From Gracilinanus agilis (lineage: Eukaryota), in contig NC_058130.1 of the NCBI RefSeq assembly GCF_016433145.1, positions 166,134,698-166,198,697 on the forward strand: a stretch of 64,000 bases of DNA, written 5' to 3'. Within the stretch, counting starts at the first letter, position 1. Every line of letters begins with the position of its first letter. Shown in pieces: positions 63,073 through 64,000 of this stretch. The translations under genes and the position numbers were made by a program. Below the pieces are notes generated by a model that saw nothing but the letters and a program-made list of their open reading frames with translations, was not told the DNA's origin and did not search any database.

Positions 63073-64000
63073 TCTAGAAGTGAGGAAAATGAGACACATT
63101 ACCTAAATTCTTATTATTCATTCAAACTATTTTGTAATCTCTCTCTCCCTCCCAACGTCACCCTTGCTCCTTCTCTATCTCTCCCCAATCCCTTCTTTTG
63201 CCTCTCTGTCTATCTTTCTCATGTACATTTTCTAAGGCAGACTAGTCAAGGATACTTAAGGCACAGAAAACAGGTTCTCCCTTCTTCAAACAAAATTCCA
63301 GTTTAAAGTCACCATCTAACAAGCCTTCCATGAGCCCATTCTCTAACTTAATAGTACAATGTAAGAGGGGCAGCTGAGTGGCTCAGTGGATTGAGAGCCA
63401 GGCCCAGAGATGGGAGGTCCTGGGATTCAAATCTGGCCTCCGACATTTCCTAGCTGTGTGACTCTAGGTAAGTCACTTAATCCTCACTGCCTAGCCCTTA
63501 CCAATCTTCTGCCTTGGAACCAATACACAGTGTTGATTCTAAGACAGAAGGTAAGGGTTTTGTTTTTTTTTTTAATTAAAAAAAAATAGTACAATGCCAG
63601 ATTCCACTCCAAATTCAGTGATAATTGTAAAAAAAAACAAAACAATTCTATCATGCTCCAATATATGCTGTCCTGTTATATGCCTCAATTTTCACTTCTA
63701 TAAAATTGACTAGATGGTCTCTATGGTTTCTCCTAGCTCTACTTTTAAGATCTTATGATTCCCATCAGCCTCGAGAAATTCCTCAGCATAAGGTCCTCTT
63801 CATTATTTGGTTAAAAGTCATCTCTTATAGCAACTGGACCTTCATCAAGAAAGCTGGAGATTGGGCAGCTGGGTAGCTCAGTGGATTGAGAGCCAGGCCT
63901 AGAGATCCGAGGTCCTAGATTCAAAGCCAGCCTCAGACACTTCCCAGCTGTGTGACCCTGGGCAAGTCACTTGACCCCCATTGCCCACCCTTACCACTCT

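Overview
Marsupial genomic DNA. The SINE1_Mdo-like, MAR1-like and L1/CR1/L2 repeat content points to an opossum such as Monodelphis domestica; there is an N gap at 57-199. Three minus-strand genes lie head-to-tail in the order I recall for human 9p13.3. VCP/p97 is complete (17 coding exons, 2421 nt, 806 aa, ATG 32973 to TAA 16465). FANCG has 14 exons (ATG 45888 to TAG 35517; the exon 12 acceptor is ambiguous). PIGO has 10 coding exons (3240 nt, 1079 aa, ATG 63072 to TAG 52638; its non-coding first exon probably lies beyond the window). All exon boundaries were read by hand as GT-AG junctions and checked for phase; comparisons to human are from memory. Bases 1-15900 contain no intact gene I can identify, but they hold CpG-rich, coding-like decayed segments that may be a pseudogene, possibly SPATA31/FAM205-like (weak support). 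Main leads are an inverted pair of ZNF143/THAP11-type motifs and an ARE-like element at the VCP promoter, competing stop-introducing splice donors in VCP, and a TGACAGCT-rich degenerate minisatellite in FANCG intron 1. Others are an antisense solo LTR with its own internal intron in PIGO, a half-conserved PIGO exitron, and several hAT MITEs with intact TIRs and TSDs. I found no demonstrably new biological system; these are testable leads.
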